Assembly (NCBI GenBank): GCA_964016885.1
Contig: OZ024741.1
Location: 103,044,001-103,108,000 of the forward strand
DNA from: Eledone cirrhosa
Lineage: Eukaryota
Direction of reading: 5' to 3'
DNA length: 64,000 nucleotides
A program made the position numbers and the translations under genes. This document shows positions 14,485-28,970 of the stretch, in pieces. The stretch's first letter is position 1, and each line of letters starts with the position of its first letter. The notes below the pieces were generated by a model. That model did not search any database, was not told the DNA's origin, and saw only the letters and a program-made list of their open reading frames with translations.

Positions 14485-14948
14485 ATACAATATTAAATAA
14501 ATGGAAAACTATATTTATAAAACCATATTTATTTCATTATATATATTTCGGGGATATCATATTAACAATATGCTATGCCTTCATCAGACAAAATACAATA
14601 TAAACAGTTTTATAGATAAATATATTCGACATACCGTAATAAACATCAACTTCATTTGAAGAGGTTCACTCTAGCAGTGAACCTCTTCAAATGAAGTTGA
14701 TGTTTATTACGGTATGTCGAATATATTTATCTATAAAACTGTTTATATTGTATTTTGTCTGATGAAGCCATAGCATATTGTTAATATGATATCCCCGAAA
14801 TATATATAATGAAATAAATATGGTTTTATAAATATAGTTTTCCATTTATTTAATATTGTAAATATACTCCAAGTATTTGTCGAGTGCTTTTATATCAGTT
14901 ATAAATATTTACTAGTTGTAACCCAACAATTTTAAATATAACTTTACA
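14485..14948. mobile_element. head-to-head foldback of a PLE 3' end (same family as 16621-20791), with HHR at ~14751-14817 (+)
   Basis: ~185 bp arms centred on gaggttcact ctagc agtgaacctc; tattttgt CTGATGA..GAAA tatata TA atgaaata. Confidence 0.75.
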
Positions 14949-14964
14949 TATATTTATATATATA

Positions 14965-15010
<46 letters not shown>

Positions 15011-15076
15011 TATATATATATATTTATATATATATATTTATATATATATATTTATATATATATATTTATATATATT

Positions 15077-15166
<90 letters not shown>

Positions 15167-15306
15167 TATATATATATATATTTATATATATATATTTATA
15201 TATATATATATTTATATATATATATTTATATATATATATTTATATATATATATTTATATATATATATTTATATATATATATTTATATATATATATTTATA
15301 TATATA

Positions 15307-15351
<45 letters not shown>

Positions 15352-15643
15352 ATTTATATATATATATTTATATATACAATATTAAATAAATGGAAAACTA
15401 TATTTATAAAACCATATTTATTTCATTATATATATTTCGGGGATATCATATTAACAATATGCTATGCCTTCATCGAGTGCTTTTATATCAGTTATAAATA
15501 TTTACTAGTTGTAACCCAACAATTTTAAATATAACTTTACATGTATATTTATATATATATATTTATATATATATATTTATATATTTATATATATATATTT
15601 ATATATATATATTTATATATATATATTTATATATATATATATT

Positions 15644-15676
<33 letters not shown>

Positions 15677-16497
15677 GTATATTTATGAAAATATGGGTGA
15701 GAAGAATACTGCTGGTTGCACATGGATAACATGTTATAAAATGAGTCCCTCATCAGTGATTTACCAAACGATCATGGGTATTTCATCGCATTAAAAATCA
15801 TATACCTCACGTTGGAGCGATAATAACTAAAATAAGTTATTAGGACAATAGAAATAAATATATTTAAATAAATATATTTACATATATACATATATATATA
15901 TATTTATATAAATATATTTATATATATATATATATAAGCAAGATGTATGGTAGGTCGTATGTGAATCGCGATAGTTTTTAGGGAAACTTTATATCTTTAT
16001 TTTTTTATTTTATTAGTCTCTTAATCTCTTCTAGTTTGTTAAGTTTATTGGGCTTTGTAAGCTTTATGCACTTATTGAGGTATTTTTTTAAGGTGCTTCT
16101 ACGAGATCTCAAGTCTTTTACTTTTAATGCGTAAATTATAAATTATCTAATTTTTAACCTTCAATCCCTGACTCTCAGGCCATTTTCAAACTCTCTTAAC
16201 TCTCCATAACGCATCCCTTTTACAATTCCGACAACTAATATAAAAGAGCCCCCTTAGAATATAGACCCCAAATATACAAGCGGAGCTGCTGATGTATACC
16301 ACAATTTCAAACTGCTAGTCTTAAGTGATACGTTGATGTAAATAATGAACTTACAATCACATGTTATATGCCTTGAAAAATCCCACCATATGGTCGGACG
16401 AAACGGCTGTCGGCAATAAACTTGTTATAATATCATAATAGTTCCTTTGTTCTTTTTCATTAATATATATATATATATATATTTATATAAATATATT

Positions 16498-16551
<54 letters not shown>

Positions 16552-16580
16552 GATATTTATATATATATATATTTATATTA

Positions 16581-16620
<40 letters not shown>

Positions 16621-16623
<3 letters not shown>

Positions 16624-19600
16624 AAATTTCTATTTAAATTGTTGGGATACAACAAGCAAATATTTTTATAACAAGTATTTGGAGTAAATATACGATATTA
16701 ATAAATGGAAACTATATTTATAAATCATATTTATTTCATTATACATATTTCAAGGATACCATTTTAAATTATGGTATGCCATCATCAGACAAAATACAAT
16801 ATATACCAGTTTTATAAATAAACATTGACGTACCCTTTCAAAATGCGACCGTTACTTTTGGAAAATATCAGGATAGTGGTTTGTTTATTTTAGTAAGTCG
16901 TTGTGTTAAGGAGAAGGAAAAAGACGGAGAGAGAGAGAAACCGAGAGAGATAAAAGTGGAGAAAAGAAAGGGAGAGATAAATAAAGAAAAAAAGAAAACA
17001 GAGAAAAACAACAGAGAGATATCAAACCAACAGACACAGAGAAAAAATCAAGAGAGAGAAATATAGGGATAGAGAGAGGCGGAGAGAACGAAAACTTTAA
17101 GTCATGTCATATTAAGTTGAGTTAACGATTGAGATGAAATGAATAAATAAAATTAGAAATATTAATATTCATGAATGGAATATACATATATAATATGAGA
17201 ATTTAATCATTGTTTAGTTATGATTAGATATTTAGTTTAAAAATTGAGATCAATATATTAAAAATTGGAATTTAAACATTACGAAATATATATATTGCTA
17301 GAGAAATTACCTATCATATATCACGTACATATACGCAAAAATACATAAATATATATATATACACACACACTCAGAAAATACAGACTATATCTACTTCCGC
17401 ATATAATATATACATACAAAGCATACATTTTTTTTTTTTTTTTTTTTTTATTACTGCTATATATTACTTGTGTTATTAAATAACATTTTTTAGTATATAT
17501 ATATATAAATATATAGGATTAACTTTCATGCATTTATGGATGTTAAATTATGCATATCTGCAATCAAATTGCATGGGTACACATGTACATGTACACACAC
17601 AATTCTTACATATACATATATAAACATGTGTGTGCATATTCACCCAATTGGTAGACATGCGTCACTCATGCATATATACAGACAGACATATATTCATAAA
17701 AATGCATACAACACATGCATATGTATGTTAATACACATACATACATACTTAGTCGTATAGAGATATGTATACATCAATATATTACATAGTACAATTGAGT
17801 ATATAAAATACAAAATGATTATATATTGGAAATATAATTATATCAATATAACCTAAAAACAAAGGAATTCTACAAATATCAAAATATTAAAATATTTTAA
17901 AATATTATAGAATATTTTAAGTTAAAATAATATGTTTAATAGATTTAGTATAGAAATTTATCTTACGTATATTTTCTTCAAGATATTGAAAGGATAAACT
18001 TTTGAAAATTATGAGAAGCTATCAGAATAAACATAAACCTAATAAAAAGTAAATAAAATATTATATCAATATAACTTAAAAAACAAAAGAATTCTACAAA
18101 TATCAAAATATTAAAATATTTTAAAATATGATAGGATATTTTAAGTTAAAAAATATGTTTAATATATTTAGTATAGAAATTTATCTTATGTTTAATCTAT
18201 TTAGTATAGAAATTTATTTTACTCAAGATATTGATAGGATAAACTTTTCTAGAATAGTTTATTATATTTATATTTAGGAAGAAAATTTATTTATACTTGA
18301 GTACTTAACCTAAGAAAATGAAAAAGGTGAAGGAATCTAAGGATTTATCGACAGGTTTCATATATTAACCAAATTACTTAATTAATTATACTACATTTTA
18401 AATTTATATTTATATTTAAACGTTGAGTTCAATCTATGTCTGCAGCAACTGAATAAATTATTCCTTAAATTAAGTGAATTTTTGGTCTTTAATATAAAGA
18501 ATATTTTCTCTATACAAAGATCGCAATTTTCTGAAGAGGAATTAAAAGTAGTAGCTTTTGAAATAATATTCCAAATCAGCGAATATTCAACATTATCTCG
18601 TTTTAGGTCCCATAATAGGCTAGATAGCGAAATTGCAGATTTTTTGTTTGGATCTGTAAAAGAATTTTTATGATTATTGAAGCGGGATTTAAACTCTGTG
18701 GAGGTGGAACCGACATAATTAAATGAATTTAAATTCGTTTTAACATTACAATTATAAACTACATTTTTAGCTAAGCAGTTGTTATTTAACGGACATTTGG
18801 ATTTATTTCTACAGTTACAATTATTCGATTGAATATTGCTTGGGTTATTATTGGTATTTTGGTTAGGTTTTAAATTTCTATTATTAATTCTATTAATATT
18901 TTGCGCTAAATTTGTGGTGGAAGAGTAAGTTAATTTTATAGTATGTCTATTAAAGTATGTCTATTGAGTAAAATATACGTAAGATAAATTTCTATACTAA
19001 ATATATTAAACATATTTTTTAACTTAAAATATTCTATAATATTTTTAAATATTTTAATATTTTGATATTTGTAGAATTCTTTTGTTTTTTAAGTTATATT
19101 GATATAATATTTTATTTACTTTTTATTAGGTTTATGTTTATTCTGATAGCTTCTCATAATTTTCAAAAGTTTATCCTTTCAATATCTTGAAGAAAATATA
19201 CGTATGATAAATTTCTATACTAAATCTATTAAACATATTATTTTAACTTAAAATATTCTATAATATTTTAAAATATTTTAATATTTTGGTATTTGTAGAA
19301 TTCCTTTGTTTTTAGGTTATATTGATATAATTATATTTCCAATATATAATCATTTTGTATTTTATATACTCAATTGTACTATGTAATATATTGATGTATA
19401 CATATCTCTATGCGACTAAGTTTGTATGTATGTGTATTAACATACATATGCATGTGTTGTATGCAATTTTATGAATATATGTCTGTCTGTACATATGCAT
19501 GAGTGACGCATGTCTACCAATTGGGTGAAGATGCACACACATGTTTATATATGTATATGTAAGAATTGTGTGTGTACATGTACATGTGTACCCATGCAAT

Positions 19601-20791
19601 TTGATTGCAGATATGCATAATTTAACAGCCATAATTTAACAGCCATAAATGCATGAAAGTTAATCCTATATATTTATATATATATATACTAAAAAATGTT
19701 ATTTAATAACAAAGAATATATAGCAGTAATAAAAAAAAATAAATAAATAAATAAAATAATTTATGCTTTGTATGTATATATTATATGCGGAAGTAGATAT
19801 AGTCTGTATTTTCTGAGTGTGTGTGTATATATATATATATATATATTTATGTATTTTTGCGTATATGTACGTGATATATGATAGGTAATTTCTCTAGCAA
19901 TATATATATTTCGTAATGTTTAAATTCCAATTTTTAATATATTGATCTCAATTTTTAAACTAAATATCTAATCATAACTAAACAATGATTAATTTCTCAT
20001 ATTATATATGTATATTCCATTCATGAATATTAATATTTCTAATTTTATTTATTCATTTCATTTCAATTGTTAACTCAACTTAATATGACACTGACTTAAA
20101 GTTTTCGTTCTCTCCCCCTCTCTCTATCTCTATATTTCTCTCTCTTGATTTTTTCTCTCTGTCTGGTGGTTTGGTTTCTCTCTGTTGTTTTTCTCTGTTT
20201 TCTTTTTTTCTTTTTTCTTTTTTCTTTTTTCTTTTTTCTTTTTTCTTTATTTATCTCTCCCTTTCTTTTCTCCACTTTTATCTCTCTCGGTTTCTCTCTC
20301 CGTCTTTTTCCTTCTCCTTAACACAACGACTTACTAAAATAAACAAACCACTATCCTGATGTCTTCCAAAAGTAACGGTCGCCTTTTGAAAGGGTACGTC
20401 AATGTTTATTTATAAAACTGGTATATATTGTATTTTGTCTGATGAATGCATACCATAATTTAAAATGGTATCCTTGAAATATGTATAATGAAATAAAAAT
20501 GGTTTTATAAATATAGTTTCTATTTATTAATATCGTATTTATATATATATATATTTATATATATACGATATTAACAAATGAAAACTATATTTATAAAACC
20601 ATATTTATTTTATCATACATATTTCAAGGACACCACGTTAAATTATGGTGCTTTCATCAGACAAAATACAATATAGATCAGTTTTATAAATAAATATTGA
20701 CATACCTTTAAAAAATGCAACCATTACTGTTGGAAGCTCCAGTTATAAAAATATTTGCTTGTTGTATCCCAACAATTTAAATAGAACTTTT
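16621..20791 (-). mobile_element. 5'-truncated PLE (Naiad-like EN) with a ~1.5 kb inverted copy of its 3' UTR
   Basis: 16690-18220 is the reverse complement of ~18965-20540; GIY-YIG in the spacer; HHR at ~16733-16796 (-) and ~20431-20484 (+). Confidence 0.85.
18391..18900 (-). pseudogene. GIY-YIG endonuclease domain of PLE (missed by the ORF track)
   Basis: manual translation CNCRNKSKCPLNNNCLAKNVVYNC..YVGSTSTEFKSRFNNH..LSSLLWDLK..WNII..CDLCIE..CCRHR; homologous to the 44755 and 58311 ORFs. Confidence 0.85.
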
Positions 20792-20820
20792 GCATATATT
20801 TATATATATATATATTTATT

Positions 20821-20871
<51 letters not shown>

Positions 20872-20904
20872 TTATATATATATTTATAAATATATATATA
20901 TATT

Positions 20905-20935
<31 letters not shown>

Positions 20936-20994
20936 TTATATATATTTATATATATTTTTATATATTTATATATATTTATATATATTTATATATA

Positions 20995-21039
<45 letters not shown>

Positions 21040-21229
21040 TTATATATATATTTATATATATTTATATATATTTATATATATATTTATATATATATTTATA
21101 TATATATTTATATATATTTATATATATATTTATATATATTTATATATATATTTATATATATATTTATATATATATATATATAAATATATAAATATATATA
21201 TATAAAAATATATATATTTATATATATAT

Positions 21230-21304
<75 letters not shown>

Positions 21305-21472
21305 TATATATATAAAAATATATATATTTATATATATAAATATATATATATAAAAATATATATATTTATATATATAAATATATATATATAAAAATATATA
21401 TATTTATATATATATATGTATATATAAATATATATATATAAAAATATATATATTTATATGTATATATATATT

Positions 21473-21505
<33 letters not shown>

Positions 21506-21520
21506 ATATATATTTATATA

Positions 21521-21715
21521 GCGGCGATGAATTAGTTTTGCGAGGTTTTTTATATGAAATCGTGTGTCGAAACAAATATTGTTATACTTGGGGAGGGTCA
21601 GTAAGTTAGGTTACCGATATAAAAGACACAGACGCGAGAAGCGAAAACCAACCAAACAGTGAGTGTGTTCTGTTATTAATTCTGGCAATATTACACAAAT
21701 ACTCTATACCATATA
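21521..21715. mobile_element. rearranged terminal fragment of the PLE family at 41930-43365 / 62743-64000
   Basis: 21535-21600 matches 62744-62810; 21620-21700 matches 43267-43342. Confidence 0.65.
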
Positions 21716-21733
21716 TAACATATATATATATTG

Positions 21734-21801
<68 letters not shown>

Positions 21802-21838
21802 ATTTATATATATATATATTTATATATATATATATACA

Positions 21839-21887
<49 letters not shown>

Positions 21888-21894
21888 ACATATT

Positions 21895-21931
<37 letters not shown>

Positions 21932-22057
21932 ACATATTTATATATATATATTTATATATATATATATATTTATATATATATTTATATATATATATATATA
22001 TTTATATATTAGTGAAAAAGAACAAAGGAACTATTATGACATTATTACAAGTTTATT

Positions 22058-22103
22058 GCCGACAGCCGTTTCGTCCGACCCCATGGTGGGACTTATCAAG
22101 GCA
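22058..22103 (-). ncRNA. type I hammerhead with U3-A8 core
   Basis: gcc TTGATAA gtcc caccatggggtc ggac GAAAC ggct GTC ggc. Confidence 0.7.
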
Positions 22104-22219
22104 TTATCAATATTTCTGCTCTGCGTATACGCATAGAGCTTAACTAGCTACCGTCACATATTTGGTAAGTCAGACGTGATCATCGCGATTCACATACGAC
22201 CTACCATACATCTTACTTA

Positions 22220-22270
<51 letters not shown>

Positions 22271-22273
22271 ATT

Positions 22274-22326
<53 letters not shown>

Positions 22327-22351
22327 ATTTATATATATATTCATATATATA

Positions 22352-22693
22352 TATTTCTTTAAGTCGTTTGGAAGCCTCGACAATGCAAATGAGTAAATCT
22401 CCGGGTAACAAGATCCGGTGGTGGAGAGAGATATGTAAGTGGGTGTACGTTGAGATGCGTGGCGTGTATAAGACGTGTAGAGGATAAAATTAAAATAACA
22501 ACTCGAGTGAGAGTTACTTTGGAAGAGATTTAATTGTCCGTATATATTTCGGATTCACATCCATCAACTGGGGTTTTTTCCGGGGTGGGGGAAAGGTTGT
22601 CTGTCGGAAAGGTGCGAAACGCGTCCTCCGTTGTTCGTTGTTTTGAATATTACCCATTTGCATTGTCGAGGCTTCCAAACGACTTAAAGAAAT
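22352..22693. repeat. ~45 bp inverted repeats flanking ~250 bp, between (TA)n tracts
   Basis: atttctttaagtcgtttggaagcctcgacaatgcaaatg versus catttgcattgtcgaggcttccaaacgacttaaagaaat. Confidence 0.7.
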
Positions 22694-22789
22694 TTACCTT
22701 ATTATTCCACAATGCTTCAAGCAAACTTCAATACTCTATTATATATATATATATATTTATAAATATATATATTTATATATATATAAACG

Positions 22790-23705
22790 TTTGTATATGT
22801 ATAATAAAGCCAAAACAATGCAGGTATGGACATAGAATAAAGAATGCAAATGCAAAAGATATTGTTAACAATTAGTCTTTTACCTTAGATTTATTTAAAT
22901 GTCCTAAATTTTCGAGATAATATCTCTTCTTCAGAGGGAAGTAAATTTGTCAAACCAGTGTTCTAAATAGCTTGCCAAGTCATGCTGACAGGAAATGGTA
23001 TAGAGTATCTGTTCTATCTCTAATGTCAAAGAGTTAAGATTAGGTGGATAAAGAGTAGTCTCCCTTTAAGAGGGGTTTCTTTTTGTGTTTTGGGGTTTTT
23101 TGTATACATGCCTGTTTAAGTGTGTGGGAGAATGCATGAAGGTGTAAGTATGTGAGTGTGTGTGTGTGAGTGTGAGAAGATATGTCTATACGTAAATGTG
23201 GGGGATAGATGTTATCTCGTGTTAGAACTGGTTTTGTGTGTGTATGTGTGAGAGAGAATAAGTGGAGGTGTAAGCGTGTGTGTGTGTGTGCGTGTGTGCG
23301 TGTGTGTGTGTGTGCGTGTGTGCGTGTGTGTGTGTGGGGTGTGTGTAAATATGAGGCTAGGAGCTCTATCAAGTTATAAATTGGGTGTTGAGTTCTAGTC
23401 TATTATTAATTGGTGGTTGCGTTTTGTCTATAATTAGTGCTTCCTTAATTCTAAGATTGCCGAGGTTTCTTTTCTTAGTTTCTATCCTAACTGTTATGGT
23501 TTTGTCGGTGATTTTGCATTTAACTAGGTGTTTCTTAAATGAGGAAGCGTTAGTATTGAGGTGTTCTTTTATTCTTATGTGGAGTGGTCTGTTGGTGCTA
23601 CCTACGTAGAATTTGTTGCATTTGTCACACTCTAGTCTGTATACGACGTAAGCCTGGTGGCATAGGTCTGTGTCGTTGATGGGGCAGTTGGCTAGTCTGC
23701 AGTCT
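22790..23705 (-). mobile_element. 5'-truncated PLE of a third type: GIY-YIG at ~23385-23700, (CA)n-rich 3' UTR, degenerate HHR at 22903-22937
   Basis: VVYRLECDKCNKFYVGSTNRPLHIRIKEH..LRIKEALII..PPINNRLE; cct CTGAAGA a gagat att atctc GAAA..agg. Confidence 0.8.
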
Positions 23706-23775
23706 CATTTATATATATATATATTTATATATATATATATTTATATATATATTCATATATATATTTATATATATA

Positions 23776-24890
23776 TATAAAGGTTTACATATATATATAA
23801 AGTCATAGATATATATATGTGTTTTGCAACGGGTCACTTTGTGGCTCAATGAAGAATAAATTACATATGATTATTACATAAATTACATATGATTATTACA
23901 TATAAAGGTTTACATATATATATATAAAGTCATAGATATATATGTGTTTTGCAACGGGTCACTTTGTGGCTCAATGAAGGATTGATAAATTAAATAATCA
24001 GAGCTATATATCATAAAACATGTCTATAGAATCACCAGATAAAATGTATACCGTTACCTCTCCCAATTAGCATAATTAACCATATAAAAAATAAATTAGA
24101 TCAAGCTATATTCTTTATTCTTATAGCTTGATCTAATTGATTTTTTATATGGTTAATTATGCTAATTGGGAGAGGAAACGGTATATATTTTATCTGGTGA
24201 TTCTATAGACATGTTTTATGATATATAGCTCTGATTATTTAATTTATTAATCCTTCATTGAGCCACAAAGTGACCCGTTGCAAGACACATATATATCTAT
24301 GACTTTATATATATATATATATGTAAACCTTTATATGTAATAATCACCCGTTATGTTGAGATACAATTTGGCTGTATTTGGCTGCGCTTTCTAGCAAAAA
24401 GCCTACCAGCCGTAAGCAACTAATCACATCCTTTCTAACTTGACCGCTGCCACGTCAAGATTCTTAGCCATTTTTGAATATATTCTTGGCGCGATCACTT
24501 TGGAAAATTAATTGTCTAAATTTGAGCTAACTCCTGAAGAATCCGAAGCTCTAGATATCCTATGTTATCAGATGGATGTCCTAAAATGCGGACGAAACCA
24601 TGGTAGAGGTATTTAAATGTGTACACTTTTCTTCTAGTTTATTTTACACCTAATTCTGTTTAGTTGACTGTATATCTGGTCGATTTATACATGCTGTCGA
24701 AATATTCGATAAATACTCCGTAGTAACCGCGGCGAAGGGGCTGCTTTCGGTTATTTGTCGGAGATTTTTTCATAGGAGCCTTTATTCTTATAGCTTGATC
24801 TAATTGATTTTTTATATGGTTAATTATGCTAATTGGGAGAGGAAACGGTATATGTTTTATCTGGTGATTCTATAGACATGTTTTATGATA
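23776..24890 (+). mobile_element. non-coding HHR-bearing element, 667-nt period, with an inverted 5' arm
   Basis: tttattcttatagcttgatc at 24114 and 24781; ~23895-24110 is the reverse complement of ~24122-24345. Confidence 0.75.
24531..24608 (+). ncRNA. type I hammerhead with extended helix II
   Basis: ctc CTGAAGA atccg..cggac GAAAC catg GTA gag; palindromic helix III accatggt. Confidence 0.7.
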
Positions 24891-24892
24891 TT

Positions 24893-24923
<31 letters not shown>

Positions 24924-25054
24924 ATTTATATATATTTATTTATATAAAAATATATTTATATATATATATATATTTTTTTTTTATATATATATTTTTTTTT
25001 TATATATATATTTTTATATATATATATATTTATATAATATATATTTATATATAT

Positions 25055-25852
25055 ATCAACTATAAATTGATTGACATATATATATATGTAAAATAAACAT
25101 ATGAAACGATCGCAGGGAATAATTTGTAAAAGTGTGTAAGCACACATAGCTATGTAGGTAACTAATTAAAGTTTAACTAGAACTTTAAAAATAGATACCT
25201 TATAAATGGATTAATCTTCGTTTTATATATTTCATTAAAGAAATATATTTCACCATCAATCGTTCGGTAAACCACAGTAGCTAAATCTGGATTTTCATCA
25301 AGGAATAAGACTTAACTATCTGTGTTTACACAGCAAATTCAAATCTGCGAATGACTAGTAGCACGTGTTGCACTTTTCAAAAATACACACATCGTACCAG
25401 CTACATCGCAGTGGCGTGAAAATGGTTATCGATAACTAAAAATAGCTGTCGAGTCCTTTCAACTGAGTTAGCTCAACAATTAAGGGGCCGTATATATATC
25501 CAAAATTAAATTAAGGGTATCATGTCAGAGAGACATGCGCCATATCCACTGTAGAATATGCTCCAAGATTCCAATGAATAGATCCGAGCATTTTATATCA
25601 ACTAGAAATTGATTGACATATATATATATATCTAAAATAAACGTATGAAATAATCACAGGGAATAATTTGTATTGTTGAAAACCCGGGTTTGGCTACTGT
25701 GGTTTACCGAACGATTGATGGTGAAATATATTTCTTTAATGAAATATATACAAGGAAGATTAATCCATTTATAAGGTATCAATTTTTAAAGTTCTAGTTA
25801 AACTTTAATTAGTTACCTACATAGCTATGTGTGCTTACACACTTTTACAAAT
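25055..25852. repeat. foldback element with ~170 bp inverted arms plus a ~70 bp direct repeat
   Basis: 25120-25285 is the reverse complement of 25690-25852; 25055-25125 resembles 25597-25670. Confidence 0.7.
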
Positions 25853-25875
25853 TGTAAGTATGTATGTATGTATGA

Positions 25876-26395
25876 ATATTAACAACACAGCTTAACTCTT
25901 TCTTTTTAAACTTATTTCTACGGTAGCTCCTCTCCTTTGCTACGAAGTCGGAATGACAATGTGACACGGGAGGGTGTGTGATATCTTTGCAGTGGAGTGG
26001 TGGGGGCAGGTATACATAGCCAGGCGCCAGCAGAACGGGCCACCGTCTTATATAAGAACCTCCATTATGGTATGTTCTAGACACAAGCTTAATGAAGACA
26101 AAGGTAGTTATATAACTAAATCCTATTATGTTTAAAATTATTATCATTTTATTATTTTCTTTTACCTGTAACAATGGGTGGTCTCTCCCTTCTGCTAACA
26201 CCTGTTGCACAGTAACAGCTGAAACCAATGCAGTGGGAATAACACATGACAGCATGGTTTTCAGATAATCATAAAAATAATCTAAATTTTGGTGGGATTT
26301 AGTAACTTTCCCATTAAGCTGGTGTTTGGAAAATAACACAAGCTCAGTATTTAAGCTGTGAATATAGAACATTGGCTTACTTTATAATATTATAG
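25876..26395 (-). repeat. ~520 bp dispersed repeat; second copy at 51960-52470 (+)
   Basis: the two copies are near-identical and both are bounded by (TA)n and (CATA)n. Confidence 0.85.
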
Positions 26396-26489
26396 ATATA
26401 TACATATACATATATATACATATATATACATATATATATATATATACATATATATAAATCTTCATATATATATACATACATATATATGT

Positions 26490-26552
<63 letters not shown>

Positions 26553-26553
<1 letters not shown>

Positions 26554-27627
26554 CCATTTTGAAATGAATTCTTGGCGCGATCGTTTTGGAAAATTTAATG
26601 TCTAGATATGAGCGAGCTTCCTGAAGAATCCGGCGCTCAAGTTTATATAATTATTACATAATTATTGGAAAACTCAAAACACGGACAAAACCATGGTAGA
26701 GGTATTTAAATGTATTCTATTTTCTCCTAGTTTATTTTAAACCTAATTCTGCTTGGTTGTCTGTATCTAGGCGTTTACGCTGTCGAAATATTCGATAAAT
26801 AATCCGCTACGGCCGACGCGAAGCGCTAGTTTTGGTTATTTGTCGGAGATTCCTTCATAGAAGCGTCATTCGTATAGCCTGGTCTATTCGATTTTTTATA
26901 TAGTTAATTATGCTAATTGGGAGAGGAAATAGTATATATTTTATCTTGTGATTCTATAGACATGTTTTATGATATATAGCTCTGATTGTTTAATTTATTA
27001 ATTTTTCATTGAGCCAAAAAGTGACCAGTTGCAAAACACGTATATGTATGTGTATGTATATATATGTGTAAACTTTTATATGTAATAATCTCCCACTAGG
27101 TTGAGATACACATTTGGCTGTATTGTGCTGTGCTTTCTAGCAAAAATGCCACCAGTCGTAAGCAACTACCACACCCTTGCAACTTGACCGCGACTACGTC
27201 ACGATTTTTAGCCATTTTGAAATGAATTCTTGGCTCGATCGTTTTGGAAAATTTAATGTCTAGATATGAGCGAGCTTCCTGAAGAATCCAGCGCTCGAGT
27301 TTATATAATTATTACATAATTATTGGAAAACTCAAAACACGGACGAAACCATGGTAGAGGTATTTAAATGTATTCTATTTTCTCCTAGTTTATTTTAAAC
27401 CTAATTCTGCTTAGTTGTCTGTATCTAGGCGATTACGCTGTCGAAATATTCGATAAATATTCCGCTACGGCCGACGCGAAGCGCTAGTTTTGGTTATTTA
27501 TCGGAGATTCCTTCATAGAAGCGTCATTCGTATAGCCTGGTCTATTCGATTTTTTATATAGTTAATTATGCTAATTGGGAGAGGAAATAGTATATATTTT
27601 ATCTTGTGATTCTATAGACATGTTTTA

Positions 27628-27630
<3 letters not shown>
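26553..27630 (+). mobile_element. same family as 24114-24890: 658-nt period, ~1.64 units, two HHR motifs (26617-26702 and 27275-27360)
   Basis: gccattttgaaatgaattcttgg at 26553 and 27211; same 3' end (gacatgttttatga(TA)n) as 24890. Confidence 0.8.
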
Positions 27631-27676
<46 letters not shown>

Positions 27677-28275
27677 TATATACATACATATATTTATACA
27701 TAAAAAGTACTCGGTCGAGAGCTTAATTCGTTTTGTGCTATTTTTGCAAATTTTTGCAATGACTACACATACTGAATTCATTTGACAAAGCTAGGGGTTT
27801 TCTCCCCTTTGGAGTTCACAAGTGCTTTCAAAACACTTTGATATCCTCGCGCAGAACAAAATGTATGTTGAGAAAGTGATATCCTTGTTCAATCATTGTA
27901 CCAGACGATTATTATTTTTTTATGCAGACAGTATTGTTGATTTAGGTGTTGCAGAAACCCTATATCAGATTTTACCATCATTTCCATGGGTCCGGATAAA
28001 TATTTCAATCATATCTTATTTTGTTTGACCCGCTTAGCTTGCTCGCTTTTTTGGCCTGGGTGGTTAATGGCTTCTTAACCATCGTCTCAGTTTTGTATGG
28101 CCTTTTTGACATGTGTTTATTGGTCTGGTATCTTCGTATCCATTGAGCGCTTGCCAACACAAATCGGAAGTTGCGTTTCGCTAATTTCTACTCGCCGAAA
28201 TGCGATTCTCGCTAAATTTATATTTATATATATACATAAATACATATATATATATGTATATATATATATATCTAC

Positions 28276-28309
<34 letters not shown>

Positions 28310-28340
28310 CTACATATATATATACATATATGTATATACA

Positions 28341-28372
<32 letters not shown>

Positions 28373-28665
28373 CATCTACATATATATACATACATATATA
28401 TATATACATCTACATATATATACATACATATATATATATATATACATATATATATACATATACACATATATGTATATACGTATACATATATACATATATA
28501 TATATACATACATATATATATATACATATACATATATACAAATATATATACATATACATATATATATATATATACATTTACATATATATAAATATATATA
28601 TATACATATATATATACATATATATATATATATACACATATACATATATATATATATATATATAC

Positions 28666-28696
<31 letters not shown>

Positions 28697-28729
28697 CATA
28701 TATATACATATATATATACATATATATAC

Positions 28730-28798
<69 letters not shown>

Positions 28799-28914
28799 TT
28801 AAAATAACAGATTAAAGTTTAAGCAAAGAATCAGTGCTTTAACCCTTAACGGGATCTTCTTTATTTATCCTTATCCAGCCCTCTTTGGATGTTAGTCTTC
28901 AAATTTATTTTTAC

Positions 28915-28967
<53 letters not shown>

Positions 28968-28970
<3 letters not shown>

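Noticed and set aside
21555-21590. Antisense hammerhead (GAAAC..GTTA) in a PLE terminus
   Set aside because: No conserved CUGANGA half in any of the four copies
27700-28220. Unique-looking island that might encode a transposon protein
   Set aside because: Multiple stops and no recognisable motif
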